Source: Polyangiaceae bacterium (GTDB lineage Bacteria; Myxococcota_A; Polyangia; Polyangiales; Polyangiaceae). Taken from it: DNA of 64,000 nt. The position numbers and the translations under genes are program-made. Each line of letters begins with the position of its first letter. The first letter of the stretch is position 1. Location of the stretch: assembly GCA_044376115.1 (NCBI GenBank), contig JBILLK010000006.1, positions 256,001 through 320,000 of the forward strand. Reading direction: 5' to 3'. The notes under the pieces are model-generated. The model did no database searches. It had not been told where the DNA came from and worked only from the letters and a program-made list of their open reading frames with translations. Below, piece by piece: positions 27,989-38,237 of the stretch.

Positions 27989-28626
27989 AGGGCGCGCGAG
28001 GGCTGAGCTTGGGCGATCGCGGGCGGGGGCGCTTTCTTCCGGCGCCAAAAGGAGACGGCCAGCCCGATGGGTGCGAGCACGACGCCCAAGCTCATGAAGC
28101 TGGCCATACAAGCCATTCCGGCCGCAGCGAGCCCAGCGAAGCGGGCGACGTCCGCCACCCGAGCCGGCACCGGGGGGGCGTCTGTCTTCAGCTCGGACTT
28201 GGTCTCCCCGACGGTCTTTGCGAGCAGCGACTGCACATCTTCGCCGTACAGCGAGTGCGAGTTAACGCCGCGAACGAACGCGCGAAAGACCCGAATGGGG
28301 GCGAGGAAGAGGCCGCCGGCGAGCCCTGCGAGATTGAGGAACCAGGCGGCGTAGAAGTCTTTGCATCCCGCGCCCAGCTCCCAAGCCGAGATCTCCAGCT
28401 CTCCCCGAAGATCGGTCTGATAGCCGGTCACGATGTGATGCAAGTCATGCACGGCCAGGGCGCGAACGCGGCCCTGCGTGTTGGGAAAGGGGAAGGGGAT
28501 GGGGCCGAGCATGAAGTCCACCCAGGCGTCGTTGTATCCCCCATCGTCGCCGAAGTTGTTTGCGGCGAAGTAGAACGCCTTGGCGCGCTGTAATGTCCAA
28601 CGAGGATCGTAATCGAGCTGTGGCAT
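27985..28626 (-). CDS. Coq4-like metal-binding membrane protein
   Basis: HDLHHIVTGYQTDLRGELEISAWE (HDxxH...GE); hydrophobic C-terminal helices. Confidence 0.6.
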   Translation of the reverse strand: MPQLDYDPRWTLQRAKAFYFAANNFGDDGGYNDAWVDFMLGPIPFPFPNTQGRVRALAVHDLHHIVTGYQTDLRGELEISAWELGAGCKDFYAAWFLNLAGLAGGLFLAPIRVFRAFVRGVNSHSLYGEDVQSLLAKTVGETKSELKTDAPPVPARVADVARFAGLAAAGMACMASFMSLGVVLAPIGLAVSFWRRKKAPPPAIAQAQPSRAL

Positions 28627-28640
28627 GACTATGCTCCGGG

Positions 28641-28676
28641 TGAGTGATTCAAGTCAGTGAGTGTACTCAATGAGTA
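28641..28676. promoter_or_regulatory. Overlapping inverted repeats, probable TetR operator
   Basis: TGAGT-gt-ACTCA (28658-28669), TACTCA-a-TGAGTA (28664-28676) and TGAGTGATTCA (28641-28651) in the short divergent gap. Confidence 0.55.
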
Positions 28677-29365
28677 AGGTCATTGGATCTGGCCGTCAAG
28701 ACGCGGAGGCGGCGGATTCTGCGCTCCGCGGCAAAAAGTCAGTGGTTTCGGGCCGTGCTGGCTCACGAAAGGAGCAAAAAGAGGACACTCGTCAGAAGGT
28801 TCGGGCGGCCGCGCTCGAGCTCTTTAGTTCTCGCGGCTTCGACGAGACCTCGACCAAAGAGATCGCTGAGCGAGCCGGGGTCGCTGGCGGAACCGTGTTC
28901 GTCCACGCGCCCGACAAGGAAGACCTGTTGTGCCTCGTCATGCACGAGCTGCTCTCGAGCACGATGGCGCGAGCCTTCGAGTCGTTGCCAGCTGGCCCTC
29001 TCGACGAGCAGGTTCTTCACGTCTTTGGTGAGCTGTTCAAGATGTACGCTCTGCACCCAAAGCTCGCGCAGCCCTTCGTTGCCGTGAGCGCGGCAGCGCG
29101 CTCGCAGGGGCCAAACGCTATGGCGGTGGGGCAGCTTACCTTCGAGTTGATGGGGCGCTTTGCTGCGCTCGTGACCGAGGCCCAAGCCAGCGGCTCAGTG
29201 GAGGCCGAGGTCCCACCGTTACTCTTGGCGCAGAACCTGATGGCGCTCTACTTCTTCTCGCTGATGTCGTGGACCAGCGGCTACGTAAGTCATGAAGCAG
29301 CCTTTGATCCGCAGTTGACCATGTCGGTGCGGCTCTCGCTGCGCGGGGCGTACACACGCACCTGA
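28670..29365 (+). CDS. TetR/AcrR family regulator
   Basis: AALELFSSRGFDETSTKEIAERAGVAGGTVFVHAPDKEDLL. Confidence 0.9.
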   Translation: MSKVIGSGRQDAEAADSALRGKKSVVSGRAGSRKEQKEDTRQKVRAAALELFSSRGFDETSTKEIAERAGVAGGTVFVHAPDKEDLLCLVMHELLSSTMARAFESLPAGPLDEQVLHVFGELFKMYALHPKLAQPFVAVSAAARSQGPNAMAVGQLTFELMGRFAALVTEAQASGSVEAEVPPLLLAQNLMALYFFSLMSWTSGYVSHEAAFDPQLTMSVRLSLRGAYTRT

Positions 29366-29482
29366 GCGCGAAGGCCCATCACAACGATGGCGCGGCCCAT
29401 CTTTCTGGCCGTGGTTAGCGGGTAGCCGAGGCTTTGTGGCTGCGTTCTGTCGGTATGCATCGTGCTCCCCGTGAAAGGGCCG

Positions 29483-30754
29483 ATGTCAACCGCAACCAAT
29501 CCTGTCGCGACGCTGGACGCCGCACCTGCCGTCAAGGCGCTGCCTGCAAAGACCACCGCCGAGGTGGAGAAGATCCTCGGGAAGGGCAAACACTCGCGAA
29601 CGCGGAGTCTGCTGCTCTGGGGCGGCGTAGCGCTCGTCGTCGTCGGGCTGGCCGTAGGTTTGATCGTTTGGCGCATGCGCGTTGCGTCCGCCGGACCAAG
29701 CTACGTAACTGCGGGTGTCGAGCGCGGTGACGTTGTCGTAACGGTGACCGCCACAGGGCTCTTGCAGGCCCTTACGACGGTGGAGGTCGGCGCTGAGGTA
29801 ACCGGCAAGCTTTTGTCGGTGAACGTCGAGGCCAACGACCTGGTTCGAAAAGGACAGGTCCTCGCCGAGATCGACCCGGAGCAGCTGCAGGCGCTAGCCG
29901 ACCAAGCGGCCGCTCAGGTGGCTCAGGCGCAAGCTGGAATCGTGCTGGCTCGAGCGACCATGAACGAGGCGAAGCTCGCCCTTGGTCGAGCGCGCAGTAT
30001 GCAACTCGAGGGGCTCCTTGGTCGCAGCGATCTCGAGGCCGCTACGGCCGCCAATGCGCGAGCTGGCGCTAGCCTCGCGAGCGCCTACGCTGGGGCCACG
30101 TTGGCAAAGGCTGCGCTGGACTCAGCCACGGCGCGCTTGGAGAAGACGCGCATTCTCTCGCCCATCGACGGCAGTGTCCTCTCGCGTTTGGTCGAGCCGG
30201 GGCAGACGGTGACAGCCGGGTTCTCCACGCCGGTGTTGTTCAAGCTGGCCCAGGACCTTACGCAGATGCGGCTCAATGTCGATATTGACGAGGCCGACGT
30301 GGGCCGGGTGCATGACGGGCTCGAGGCGAGCTTCACGGTAGAGGCTTATGTCGGTAGGCGATTCCCATCGAAACTGCTCTCGCTCGAGAACGAGCCGAAG
30401 ACCACGCAGAACGTAGTCACGTATCAAGCGGTGTTGGCGGTCGACAACAGTGAGCGCCTATTGCGCCCGGGTATGACGTGTACCGCCGCGATCGTGGCCG
30501 AGACCCGCCTCGCTGTGTTGACCGTGCCCAACGCAGCTCTGCGTTTCGCGCCGGTGAGCAAGGAGCCCAAGCACAAGCAGGCCGGCAGTGTAGAGGCCAA
30601 TGCGCAGCAACATGTATGGCTGCTGCGCGACGAGGTGCCAGTCGAGGTGGAGGTGGTGGTGGGCGTTTCGGATGGGATTGTGACCGAGATCCTGAGCGGC
30701 GATCTCGAGCTGGGCAGCCAGGTCATCATCGACGCGGTCGAGCCCGCGACGTGA
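29483..30754 (+). CDS. MacA-like efflux membrane fusion protein
   Basis: N-terminal TM; VEVGAEVTGK, VRKGQVLAEID, SPIDG, VEPGQTV, IDEADVG, LRPGMT. Confidence 0.88.
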   Translation: MSTATNPVATLDAAPAVKALPAKTTAEVEKILGKGKHSRTRSLLLWGGVALVVVGLAVGLIVWRMRVASAGPSYVTAGVERGDVVVTVTATGLLQALTTVEVGAEVTGKLLSVNVEANDLVRKGQVLAEIDPEQLQALADQAAAQVAQAQAGIVLARATMNEAKLALGRARSMQLEGLLGRSDLEAATAANARAGASLASAYAGATLAKAALDSATARLEKTRILSPIDGSVLSRLVEPGQTVTAGFSTPVLFKLAQDLTQMRLNVDIDEADVGRVHDGLEASFTVEAYVGRRFPSKLLSLENEPKTTQNVVTYQAVLAVDNSERLLRPGMTCTAAIVAETRLAVLTVPNAALRFAPVSKEPKHKQAGSVEANAQQHVWLLRDEVPVEVEVVVGVSDGIVTEILSGDLELGSQVIIDAVEPAT

Positions 30755-31491
30755 GCCCGGCGGACACACTCGGTAACGCACCCTTGGCTCAACTATCCCA
30801 AGTAACGAAGGTCTACGGTACGGGGGAGAGCGAGGTGCGCGCGCTCGCCGGTGTCGACCTACGCATCGACGATGGAGAGTTCGTCGCGGTGATGGGCGCG
30901 AGTGGGTCGGGCAAGTCGACCTGCTTGAACATGCTCGGGTGCCTCGATGTGCCAACGGCTGGTCACTATCTCTTTCGCGGAGTCGACGTGGGCAGACTCA
31001 GCTTGGATCAGCTGGCGCTCTTGCGACGGAACTTCCTCGGTTTCGTGTTCCAAGGCTTCAACCTTTTGCCACGCACGAGCGCGCTCGAGAACGTCGAATT
31101 GCCACTCATTTATCGACGCGTAAGCGCGAAGGATCGGCGTGCGCGCGCAATGCAGGCATTGCAGGACGTCGGCTTGGGCGAGCGAGCTCGACACACGCCC
31201 GCAGAGCTCTCCGGGGGGCAACAGCAGAGGGTGGCGATCGCGCGGGCGATCGTCACCGAGCCGCAGTTGCTATTGGCCGACGAGCCAACCGGGAACCTCG
31301 ATTCGGCGCGCAAGGTGGAGATCATGAAGCTCTTGGTCGAGCTGAATCAGCGGCGCGGTATCACCATCGCGATGGTCACCCACGAGTCGGACCTGATCCG
31401 CTTCGTCAGCCGTACGGTGAGCTTTCGCGACGGCCTCATCGAGAAGGATCAATCGACTCATGCTCCAGATAGCGAGTTAGCCGCATCATGA
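30751..31491 (+). CDS. MacB/LolD-like ABC transporter ATP-binding protein
   Basis: [41 protein letters not shown] at 30751 overlaps the upstream stop. Confidence 0.92.
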   Translation: MSPADTLGNAPLAQLSQVTKVYGTGESEVRALAGVDLRIDDGEFVAVMGASGSGKSTCLNMLGCLDVPTAGHYLFRGVDVGRLSLDQLALLRRNFLGFVFQGFNLLPRTSALENVELPLIYRRVSAKDRRARAMQALQDVGLGERARHTPAELSGGQQQRVAIARAIVTEPQLLLADEPTGNLDSARKVEIMKLLVELNQRRGITIAMVTHESDLIRFVSRTVSFRDGLIEKDQSTHAPDSELAAS

Positions 31492-32693
31492 TTGGAACCA
31501 CCATCGTGATGGCGCTGCGGGAGATTCGCCGTAACACCATGCGCTCTGCGCTGACGACGCTAGGCATCGTAATTGGGGTGGGCTCGGTGATCGCCATGGT
31601 CACCTTGGGCCGAGCGACCAGCGCGAAGGTCGCGGCGGATATTGCGAGCATGGGCGCCAATTTGTTGATCGTTACGCCGGGCGCCGAGCGCCACGGCCCG
31701 ACCAGCGCTGTCGCGCGCGCGCTCGAACTCGCCGACGCTGAGGCCATTCAGAGCTCCGTCGCCGCTGTCGCCGAGGTGGCTCCGACCTCGAGCCAAGGCG
31801 CCCTGATCGTTTATGGCAATCGCAATTGGAGTAGTTCAGTCACCGGGACGACCAACGCCTATTTCATCGTACGGGGGCTGACGCTATCGGAGGGCCAGGC
31901 TTTCTCGGAGGCCCAGCTCTCCGGCGCGACGCCCGTCTGCATCCTGGGTGAGACCGTGCGCAAAGAGCTGTTTGGCCAGCAGCAAGCGATGGGAGCCTCG
32001 ATCCGCGTGGGCAAGGTCTCCTGCCAAGTGATCGGTGTTCTCGCCGCAAAGGGCCAATCGACCTTCGGCCAGGATCAGGACGACTTCGTCGTCATGCCGC
32101 TGCGAGCCTTCCAACGAAAGTTGGCTGGAAATACCGATGTCGGCGCCATTTTTATCAGCGCTGCGAGCGACAATCTAACGACTAAAGCTGTGCAGCAGAT
32201 CGAACTCTTGCTACGCGAGCGTCGTCGTATCCGACAGGGCGAAGTGGACGACTTCTCGGTGCGCGATATGAAGGAGATCGCGAAGACGGTGGGTACGGTC
32301 ACTGGCGCTCTCACCGCGCTCTTGGGGGCGATCGCTGGCGTGAGTCTGCTGGTCGGCGGCATCGGCATCATGAACATCATGCTGGTTTCGGTCACCGAGC
32401 GAACACGGGAGATTGGCCTGCGCTTGGCGATTGGAGCGCGCGGGGCCGAGGTCATGCTGCAGTTCCTGATCGAGGCGGCGACGCTCTCGACTTTAGGAGG
32501 CGCCATCGGGGTGATCTTTGGTTTGGCGTTGTCACTGATCGCGACGCGAGTGCTCCATATGCCGTTCGTGGTTTCGTGGGACATCGTGCTGATCGCGGTC
32601 GGGTTCTCGGCGACGATCGGTATCGGCTTTGGCTTCTTTCCCGCGCGAAAGGCCGCTCATCTCAACCCGATTGAGGCGCTTCGACACGAATGA
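31488..32693 (+). CDS. MacB/FtsX-like ABC transporter permease
   Basis: RSALTTLGIVIGVGSVI, GGIGIMNIMLVSVTERTREIG, PARKAAHLNPIEALRHE. Confidence 0.93.
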   Translation: MIGTTIVMALREIRRNTMRSALTTLGIVIGVGSVIAMVTLGRATSAKVAADIASMGANLLIVTPGAERHGPTSAVARALELADAEAIQSSVAAVAEVAPTSSQGALIVYGNRNWSSSVTGTTNAYFIVRGLTLSEGQAFSEAQLSGATPVCILGETVRKELFGQQQAMGASIRVGKVSCQVIGVLAAKGQSTFGQDQDDFVVMPLRAFQRKLAGNTDVGAIFISAASDNLTTKAVQQIELLLRERRRIRQGEVDDFSVRDMKEIAKTVGTVTGALTALLGAIAGVSLLVGGIGIMNIMLVSVTERTREIGLRLAIGARGAEVMLQFLIEAATLSTLGGAIGVIFGLALSLIATRVLHMPFVVSWDIVLIAVGFSATIGIGFGFFPARKAAHLNPIEALRHE

Positions 32694-32757
32694 GGCCGTT
32701 CGGAGTAACGCTCTTGCTCTAGCCGCAGAACCCGTCCCAAGCGATTCTCGCTGGGTC

Positions 32758-33201
32758 ATGAAAATGCGCGTCGTCGGAGGTTGGCTCGTCGCAGTGAGCA
32801 CGCTGGGCTGCAGCGGTCCAGCCGACGTCGTCACGGCCTCCGGCTCGAGTCCTCGACTGAACTCCGCTGGGTCGGTCGCTAGCGCGCCAGTTGCTGCAGC
32901 CTCAGCGGGGGATCGTTGTGCCGCCATCGCCCGCGACATTGCCCAGCACGAAGCCGACTTGCTGCGTGCTGGGACGCATCGCTCATGTGTGCTCGACAAG
33001 GATTGTGAGTGCTTCGGACCGCCGGAGTGCAACGGCGCCCTGGGCGCCGGCTGCCCGTTTCCTTTGGCTGTGACAGCCGCCGAACAGCTTCGCCCGTTTG
33101 TTCGGCAGTGGGAGCAGGCGAACTGCGGCCCGCCGATTTGGTCGCCCTATCGCTGTCAGCCAGCGTGTCGTGAAGGGCAATGTGTTTCGTTGGCTGATTA
33201 G
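32758..33201 (+). CDS. Small Cys-rich lipoprotein, function unknown
   Basis: Lipobox TLGC; about 10 further Cys (CxxDxDC ... CxxxCxxGxC). Confidence 0.65.
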   Translation: MKMRVVGGWLVAVSTLGCSGPADVVTASGSSPRLNSAGSVASAPVAAASAGDRCAAIARDIAQHEADLLRAGTHRSCVLDKDCECFGPPECNGALGAGCPFPLAVTAAEQLRPFVRQWEQANCGPPIWSPYRCQPACREGQCVSLAD

Positions 33202-33248
33202 CGCAGACTCGTGGCTGCATTCGGCGTGGCGGTGGAGGCGAACACGGC

Positions 33249-36200
33249 TTAGCTAACGTCGTAGCGTTTCATCCAACGGTGCAGGGTCACGCGGCTAATG
33301 CCCAACGACTTTGCTGCCAGCGTGCGGTTCCCCTTGGCGGCCTTGAGGGCCTGCTCAATCAACGCACGATCAAGCGTCTGAAGCTCATTGCGACGGGTTT
33401 GATCATGGCGAGCAAGATCGAGGTTTTCAGGGCCGATCGCTGCGGCTTCGGCCAAAAGCGCCCCGCGCGTGAGGGTCTGCTCCAGTTCGCGGACGTTGCC
33501 GGGCCAGTCATGGCGGAGCAGGGCGCTCTCGGCCTCACGGGAGAGCTCAAAGGAGCGCTGATAGCGCTGGCGCAATCGAGCCAGAATCGCCTGCGCGATC
33601 TCGAGGATGTCTTCGCGGCGTTCTCGCAGCGCGGGTAGGCTGACGCGTGCGCCCAAGAGGCGATAGTAAAGGTCTTCGCGAAAGGTTCCTTCGGCGACGG
33701 CCTGTTCGAGGTTGCGATGGGTTGCCGCGAGGATTCGGACCTCGACCTTGACGGTCTCGCTTCCACCGACGGGGCGAACTTCACCCTCCTGCAGCACTCG
33801 GAGCAGCCGCGTCTGCATCCGAAGCGGCATTTCCCCGATCTCGTCGAGAAAGAGCGTCCCGCCATCGGCGAGTCGGAACAGCCCGGGGCTGTCGTTGACC
33901 GCGCCGGTGAAGGCCCCGCGCTTGTGTCCGAACAGCTCGCTCTCGAGCAAGGCCTCCGGCACGGCGCCGCAGTTGATGGCAACGAAGGGCCCGTCACGGC
34001 GTGCGCTCTCGCGGTGAACGAAACGGGCGAAGAGCTCTTTGCCGGTGCCGCTCTCCCCGCGAACGAGCACCGGCAAGTCGGACTTAGCGACGCGCCGCGC
34101 GATATCGAGCGCGCTCAGTAGTTTGGAGGAGCTGCCGACGATTCCGCCTTGTTCTTCGGGGCTCAGCTTCGCGCGCTTGAGGAGCTCGGCGAGGCGCTCG
34201 ACCTCGCGCGCCTTTTCGACATTGTCACGTAGGGCGGCCTCGGTGTGACGCGCCGATTCGTCGGCGCGGTCCTCGGCTCGCTTCACGAGGCGCGTCTTTT
34301 CGAGGGCGATGCCAACGATGTCGGCGAGCGCCACGGTGAGTTCACGCTCGGTCTCACCAAAGCGGCCGTGTTCGATACGGTGGTCGAGGTAGAGCGCACC
34401 GAGCACCGCGTGCGGCCCTCGGATCGGGACCGCCAAGATCGAGCGCAAGCCAAGGTCGAGGATGCTGCGCGTGCGGTCGAGGGCAGGGTCTTCGAGCGCG
34501 CTGGCCGTAACCACGACCTCCCCGCTCTTCACGGCGCGCTCGACCACTGAGCGACTGAAGCGAAAGCTCGCGCTCTTGAGCGCGTCGGGCGGCACGTTAT
34601 GTGCCGCAACCACTTCGGGTAGCCCACGCGGCCTCGCGAGCACCAGGAAGGCGCGCTCGGCGCCGGTGAGCTGGACCGCCTCGTCGAGCGCAGTTTCAAG
34701 CACCCGCTGCTCCTGGCCTTCGAGCAACAAGCGCCTGACGAGCCCAAGTAGCCGTTGCGCGTCGGGACCGAGGCCACGGCGGGGAGCGGAAGGAGCTGAG
34801 ACCTGTCGCTCGAGTCCGCGCTCGACGGCCTTGCGCTCGGACGTGGAGGCAAAGTTGGCTTGCGTGGTCGCAGGTAGGCTCGCCACCAAGGCCGTGAGTT
34901 CGTTGCGCGCTTGTTCGGCCTCGCGAGCCCCTGAGCCGGGCGCAAGGGCCTCTCTTGCACGAGCGCATTCGAAGCGCGCAAGCAGGCTGAGCTCGCGCTC
35001 AGCGCCTTCGGCGCGAATCGCCTCCTCAGCGTGCGCGAGGGCGGCGGCGGGCTGTCCGCTCGCGAGCGCGGTGCGCGCCGCCAACAGCGCACACCGCGCT
35101 CCCAAGCCTGCACGTTTGAGGTCCTCGCTGTGCCGTTCCAACAGCTTGCGCGCGCGCTCGCTCGACCCAGCACGCAGCGAAAGCTCAGCGCCGAGTAACT
35201 CTGCTTCGCGAGCTTGTCGCGAGGCCCCCGCTGCGGCGAAGCCCGCCGCGGCGGCGGCCGCGAGCTCGAGCGCGGAGGGCAGGTTCGTATCGCGCAAGAG
35301 CTCCGCGCGCAGCATCCGGCTCTGCGCGCCGTACACCGCATCCCCAAGTTCCTTCGCGAGTTCATCGGCGCGATCGAGCAGCGTCGCCGCCTCGACGTGG
35401 CCTGCAAGGTACGTCCAGAGCCCAGCTACGTTCACGGTCGCCGCTAGCAGGTTGGCCTTGCGACCGAGCCGCTCCGCGAGCGATGCAGCCTCCTGATAGT
35501 GCTCGAGGGCAGCCGCAATTTCGCCGAGCCCCTGCTCAGCGGTAGCCAGGTTCATGATGAATGCAGGTAACCGCCCGACGTCACCTGCGCGCTCCGCTGC
35601 AGCCAACGCCTCGGCATAATGTTGGCGCGCCCTTCGAGGATCTCCCGAGAGGCCGCGTGCGGCCCCGAGGCGCGCGTGAGCTTGTGCAGCGAGCAACGCA
35701 TCGTCGTGGCGGTCTGCGAGAGCCAGCGCGTTCTCTGCGAAGGAGAGCGCATCCTCGACACGACCTTGGCGTAGCGCGACGTCACTCTGAATGGACCACA
35801 GTCTGCCGACGACCTCGCGAGGGGTGTCGCACAGGCCCAGTTCATCGGGCTCCGCTTCGAGAAAGGTCGCACTTCGCGCAAGTCCTCGCTCAGCGAGCGC
35901 TCGCGCGAACTCCGGTTCGCCCAACGCCAGACTTGCGTGGGCGCCGATCGCCAGGGCAGCGACCCCAACCTCCGGCTCGAACTCGAGGTCCTGTGCAGCC
36001 GCCTTCGCCTCCGCGTGTTGGCCGAGCCGTTCCAAACACTCGAGTCGGAGCAGCCGATCGTAGGCGCTGCTCGCGGACAACGAGGCAAGGAGCTCACTCG
36101 CTCTCGTGTAGTTGCCGGAGCGAGCCAAGGCGCGAGCAAGCAGCCCTTGCGCGAGTTGCGCGCGCGGGCTGGATGTCCGCGTGCCTTTCCCTAGGACGCC

Positions 36201-37667
36201 CTCGGCGATCGCCGCCGCTCGCGAGTAGTCGCCGCGACGGAGGGCGAGCTCACAGTCGGCGAGGGATGCGCCAGTGAGGCTGGGTGGACCCGCGGCGGCC
36301 GTGCGCTCGAGCTTCTCGACCGCATGATCGATGGCCACCCTCGAGGTGAGCGGCTGGCTTTCGGCTTGCCGCGCGAGCGCTGCGAGCGTCCCGAAGCCCT
36401 TGTTGCTGCGCGTCCAAGCGTACTCGAGCAGCGGTCGATCCAGCCGAGCTCCGGCCAACTCGAATAGTCGGGCCGCCTGCTCTTGGCTGGCTTGCGGTAG
36501 CGCCGAAGGTTCGCTGCCGAGCGCGGGCGCGAGCTGCGGACCGGCTAGCACCACCAGCGCAGCTTTTTTCGTTCGAGCGATTGAAGTGCTCAGAATTTGT
36601 GCCGCCTCACGCGAGGCCTCGTCGTGCACCATCGCGATCACGGTGAGCCCAAGGCGGGCCCCTGCGCTGGCAACCGCCGCGAGATCGCGCATGCGATCCC
36701 CGCTCGTTCGCAGCCCAAAGCACTTGGCCCAGCGCGCAACGAAGTCACGGTCGGACGCGAGCGCAAGCCGCACCGTCGGCTTGCCGGCGCGCAAAGCGCG
36801 CTGCGCCAGGTCCCGAGCGAAGCGGTGGCGGCCGGAGCCGCGCCCGGCGCGGAGCCAAAGCGTGCGCCCCTCCGCTCGGTCCACCACAGAAAGCGCCTGA
36901 TCGAGCGTCGACGTCGACCCGACTCGCGCGAAGCTCCCGACTACATCCAGCTGTCGTCGAGTTTCCCCGAGCGCGTTGATGCAGGCGAGCGCCGACGTTG
37001 GTCGGCTTCGCGGCTGCCTTGCGAGGCACGCCGTCAGCAGCGAGCGCAGTCCGGGGCTCGGGTCGGGCAGAGCGTCTTGCAACGCTCGCCCGAAGGAGTA
37101 GAGGTCGCCGGCCGCCGCAGCTTGCGCTCCTTCGAGGTACTCCGGCGGCATGTATCGCGGTGTGCCACCTCGCACCGTGGCGCCGAGCGGAAGGGCCAGC
37201 CCAAGGTCGATGATGCGCCCACGTCCACCCGCGTCCACCAAGAGATGCTCGGGCTTGAGGTCGCCATGGACGAACCCGCGCTGATGAAGGTGCTCGAGTC
37301 CGGTCAGCAGGTCGGCCAAAACCGAAGGGCTAGCGGTCGCCGCCGATAGTGGCGCCCCATCCACCGGCTCCAAAACGATCGCCCGCGAACGCTCGAACCC
37401 GCCAGCCACATCGAACAAGCGAGGGAAGGCCGGATGGCCGTGCTCGAGGAGCAGCGCCTCCTGCGCAAGAGCGGCACGCTGCTCGGCAACTTGAGCCTGC
37501 TTTTCGACGGCGGCACAGCCAGCAAGTCGATCCCACACCCTTCGAACCGACGGTCCGAGCTCGAGCCCCGGCTCGTAGCGGGTGTGCCAAAGGGATGTAT
37601 CGATAGTGATACACCTAGTTACACCTGAAACAGTTCGCTTTGCAAGTTTAGCCCTATTTGTTGGCAA
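33249..37667 (-). CDS. Hybrid Ser/Thr kinase - degenerate NTPase - TPR - GAF - sigma54 AAA+ activator - Fis HTH
   Basis: [24 protein letters not shown]-like repeats; GAF segment ([19 protein letters not shown]); [65 protein letters not shown]. Start uncertain (TTG 37667 or GTG 37538); the 38468 ORF start is an over-extension. Confidence 0.85.
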   Translation of the reverse strand: MPTNRAKLAKRTVSGVTRCITIDTSLWHTRYEPGLELGPSVRRVWDRLAGCAAVEKQAQVAEQRAALAQEALLLEHGHPAFPRLFDVAGGFERSRAIVLEPVDGAPLSAATASPSVLADLLTGLEHLHQRGFVHGDLKPEHLLVDAGGRGRIIDLGLALPLGATVRGGTPRYMPPEYLEGAQAAAAGDLYSFGRALQDALPDPSPGLRSLLTACLARQPRSRPTSALACINALGETRRQLDVVGSFARVGSTSTLDQALSVVDRAEGRTLWLRAGRGSGRHRFARDLAQRALRAGKPTVRLALASDRDFVARWAKCFGLRTSGDRMRDLAAVASAGARLGLTVIAMVHDEASREAAQILSTSIARTKKAALVVLAGPQLAPALGSEPSALPQASQEQAARLFELAGARLDRPLLEYAWTRSNKGFGTLAALARQAESQPLTSRVAIDHAVEKLERTAAAGPPSLTGASLADCELALRRGDYSRAAAIAEGVLGKGTRTSSPRAQLAQGLLARALARSGNYTRASELLASLSASSAYDRLLRLECLERLGQHAEAKAAAQDLEFEPEVGVAALAIGAHASLALGEPEFARALAERGLARSATFLEAEPDELGLCDTPREVVGRLWSIQSDVALRQGRVEDALSFAENALALADRHDDALLAAQAHARLGAARGLSGDPRRARQHYAEALAAAERAGDVGRLPAFIMNLATAEQGLGEIAAALEHYQEAASLAERLGRKANLLAATVNVAGLWTYLAGHVEAATLLDRADELAKELGDAVYGAQSRMLRAELLRDTNLPSALELAAAAAAGFAAAGASRQAREAELLGAELSLRAGSSERARKLLERHSEDLKRAGLGARCALLAARTALASGQPAAALAHAEEAIRAEGAERELSLLARFECARAREALAPGSGAREAEQARNELTALVASLPATTQANFASTSERKAVERGLERQVSAPSAPRRGLGPDAQRLLGLVRRLLLEGQEQRVLETALDEAVQLTGAERAFLVLARPRGLPEVVAAHNVPPDALKSASFRFSRSVVERAVKSGEVVVTASALEDPALDRTRSILDLGLRSILAVPIRGPHAVLGALYLDHRIEHGRFGETERELTVALADIVGIALEKTRLVKRAEDRADESARHTEAALRDNVEKAREVERLAELLKRAKLSPEEQGGIVGSSSKLLSALDIARRVAKSDLPVLVRGESGTGKELFARFVHRESARRDGPFVAINCGAVPEALLESELFGHKRGAFTGAVNDSPGLFRLADGGTLFLDEIGEMPLRMQTRLLRVLQEGEVRPVGGSETVKVEVRILAATHRNLEQAVAEGTFREDLYYRLLGARVSLPALRERREDILEIAQAILARLRQRYQRSFELSREAESALLRHDWPGNVRELEQTLTRGALLAEAAAIGPENLDLARHDQTRRNELQTLDRALIEQALKAAKGNRTLAAKSLGISRVTLHRWMKRYDVS
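37596..37632. promoter_or_regulatory. Candidate enhancer-binding-protein site (UAS)
   Basis: Perfect dyad TGTATC-N6-GATACA followed by repeats GATACAcct, GTTACAcct, GAAACA. Confidence 0.5.
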
Positions 37668-37675
37668 ATCTGGCT

Positions 37676-37692
37676 TGGCACGACTCGTGGAT
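37676..37692 (+). promoter_or_regulatory. Putative sigma54 promoter, imperfect -12 element
   Basis: TGGCACG-actc-GTGGAT (GG-N10-GG rather than GC); about 30 bp upstream of the ATG at 37722, which has an AAGGAG SD. Confidence 0.4.
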
Positions 37693-37721
37693 AAGGGGAG
37701 TCCAACCAAGGAGTTTCGGTC

Positions 37722-38234
37722 ATGAACCTGTTTCAACGCCTTTCGATGTTTGCTTTGCCGCTTGTTATGGTCGCTTGTGGAACCTCGTCCGGGAGCAGTG
37801 GAGAAGAAGGCGGCAGCGGCGGCACCGGCGGTAGTGGCGCTGCCGGCGCGAGTGAAACCGGCGGTGGTGGCAGCGGCGGGGAGGGGGGACAACCCGTGTG
37901 TCCGTCGCTCGAGAACGCTGCCGTGCACTACCTCTCGCAGGACCCAGCTCAGTGCGACCTCACCGATTGCGGCGGCGCCGAGACCGATTGCATCCCGTGT
38001 GCTGGCAACCAGGAGTACTTCTCGGATGAGGTGTGCGGCTGTGGCTGCATCGACATCGTCCCGGCCACGTGCCCCGACCCGAGTGACCCTGCCGTTCACT
38101 ACCTCGAGACAGACCGAGCCCTGTGCGGGCTCACCGATTGTGGTGGGACTGAGACCGATTGCATTCCCTGCGAGCCGGCCCAGGAGTACTTCGAGAATGA
38201 GTGTGGCTGCGGCTGCATCGACCCGAGCACCTGA
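37722..38234 (+). CDS. Lipoprotein with Gly-rich tether and two tandem 8-Cys repeats
   Basis: Strong SD; lipobox MVAC; repeat CP...AVHYL..D...C.LTDCGG.ETDCIPC...QEYF...CGCGCID occurs twice. Confidence 0.85.
   Translation: MNLFQRLSMFALPLVMVACGTSSGSSGEEGGSGGTGGSGAAGASETGGGGSGGEGGQPVCPSLENAAVHYLSQDPAQCDLTDCGGAETDCIPCAGNQEYFSDEVCGCGCIDIVPATCPDPSDPAVHYLETDRALCGLTDCGGTETDCIPCEPAQEYFENECGCGCIDPST
37899..38222 (+). repeat. Intragenic duplication (about 52 and 51 codons)
   Basis: 37899-38054 and 38070-38222 share blocks such as ctcaccgattg, gagaccgattgcat, caggagtacttc and ggctgcatcgac. Confidence 0.85.
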
Positions 38235-38237
38235 GCA

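Noticed and set aside
30478..30750. N-terminal extension of the ABC ATPase ORF
   Set aside because: It overlaps the MFP gene; GTG 30751 gives a normal length and a 4-bp coupling.
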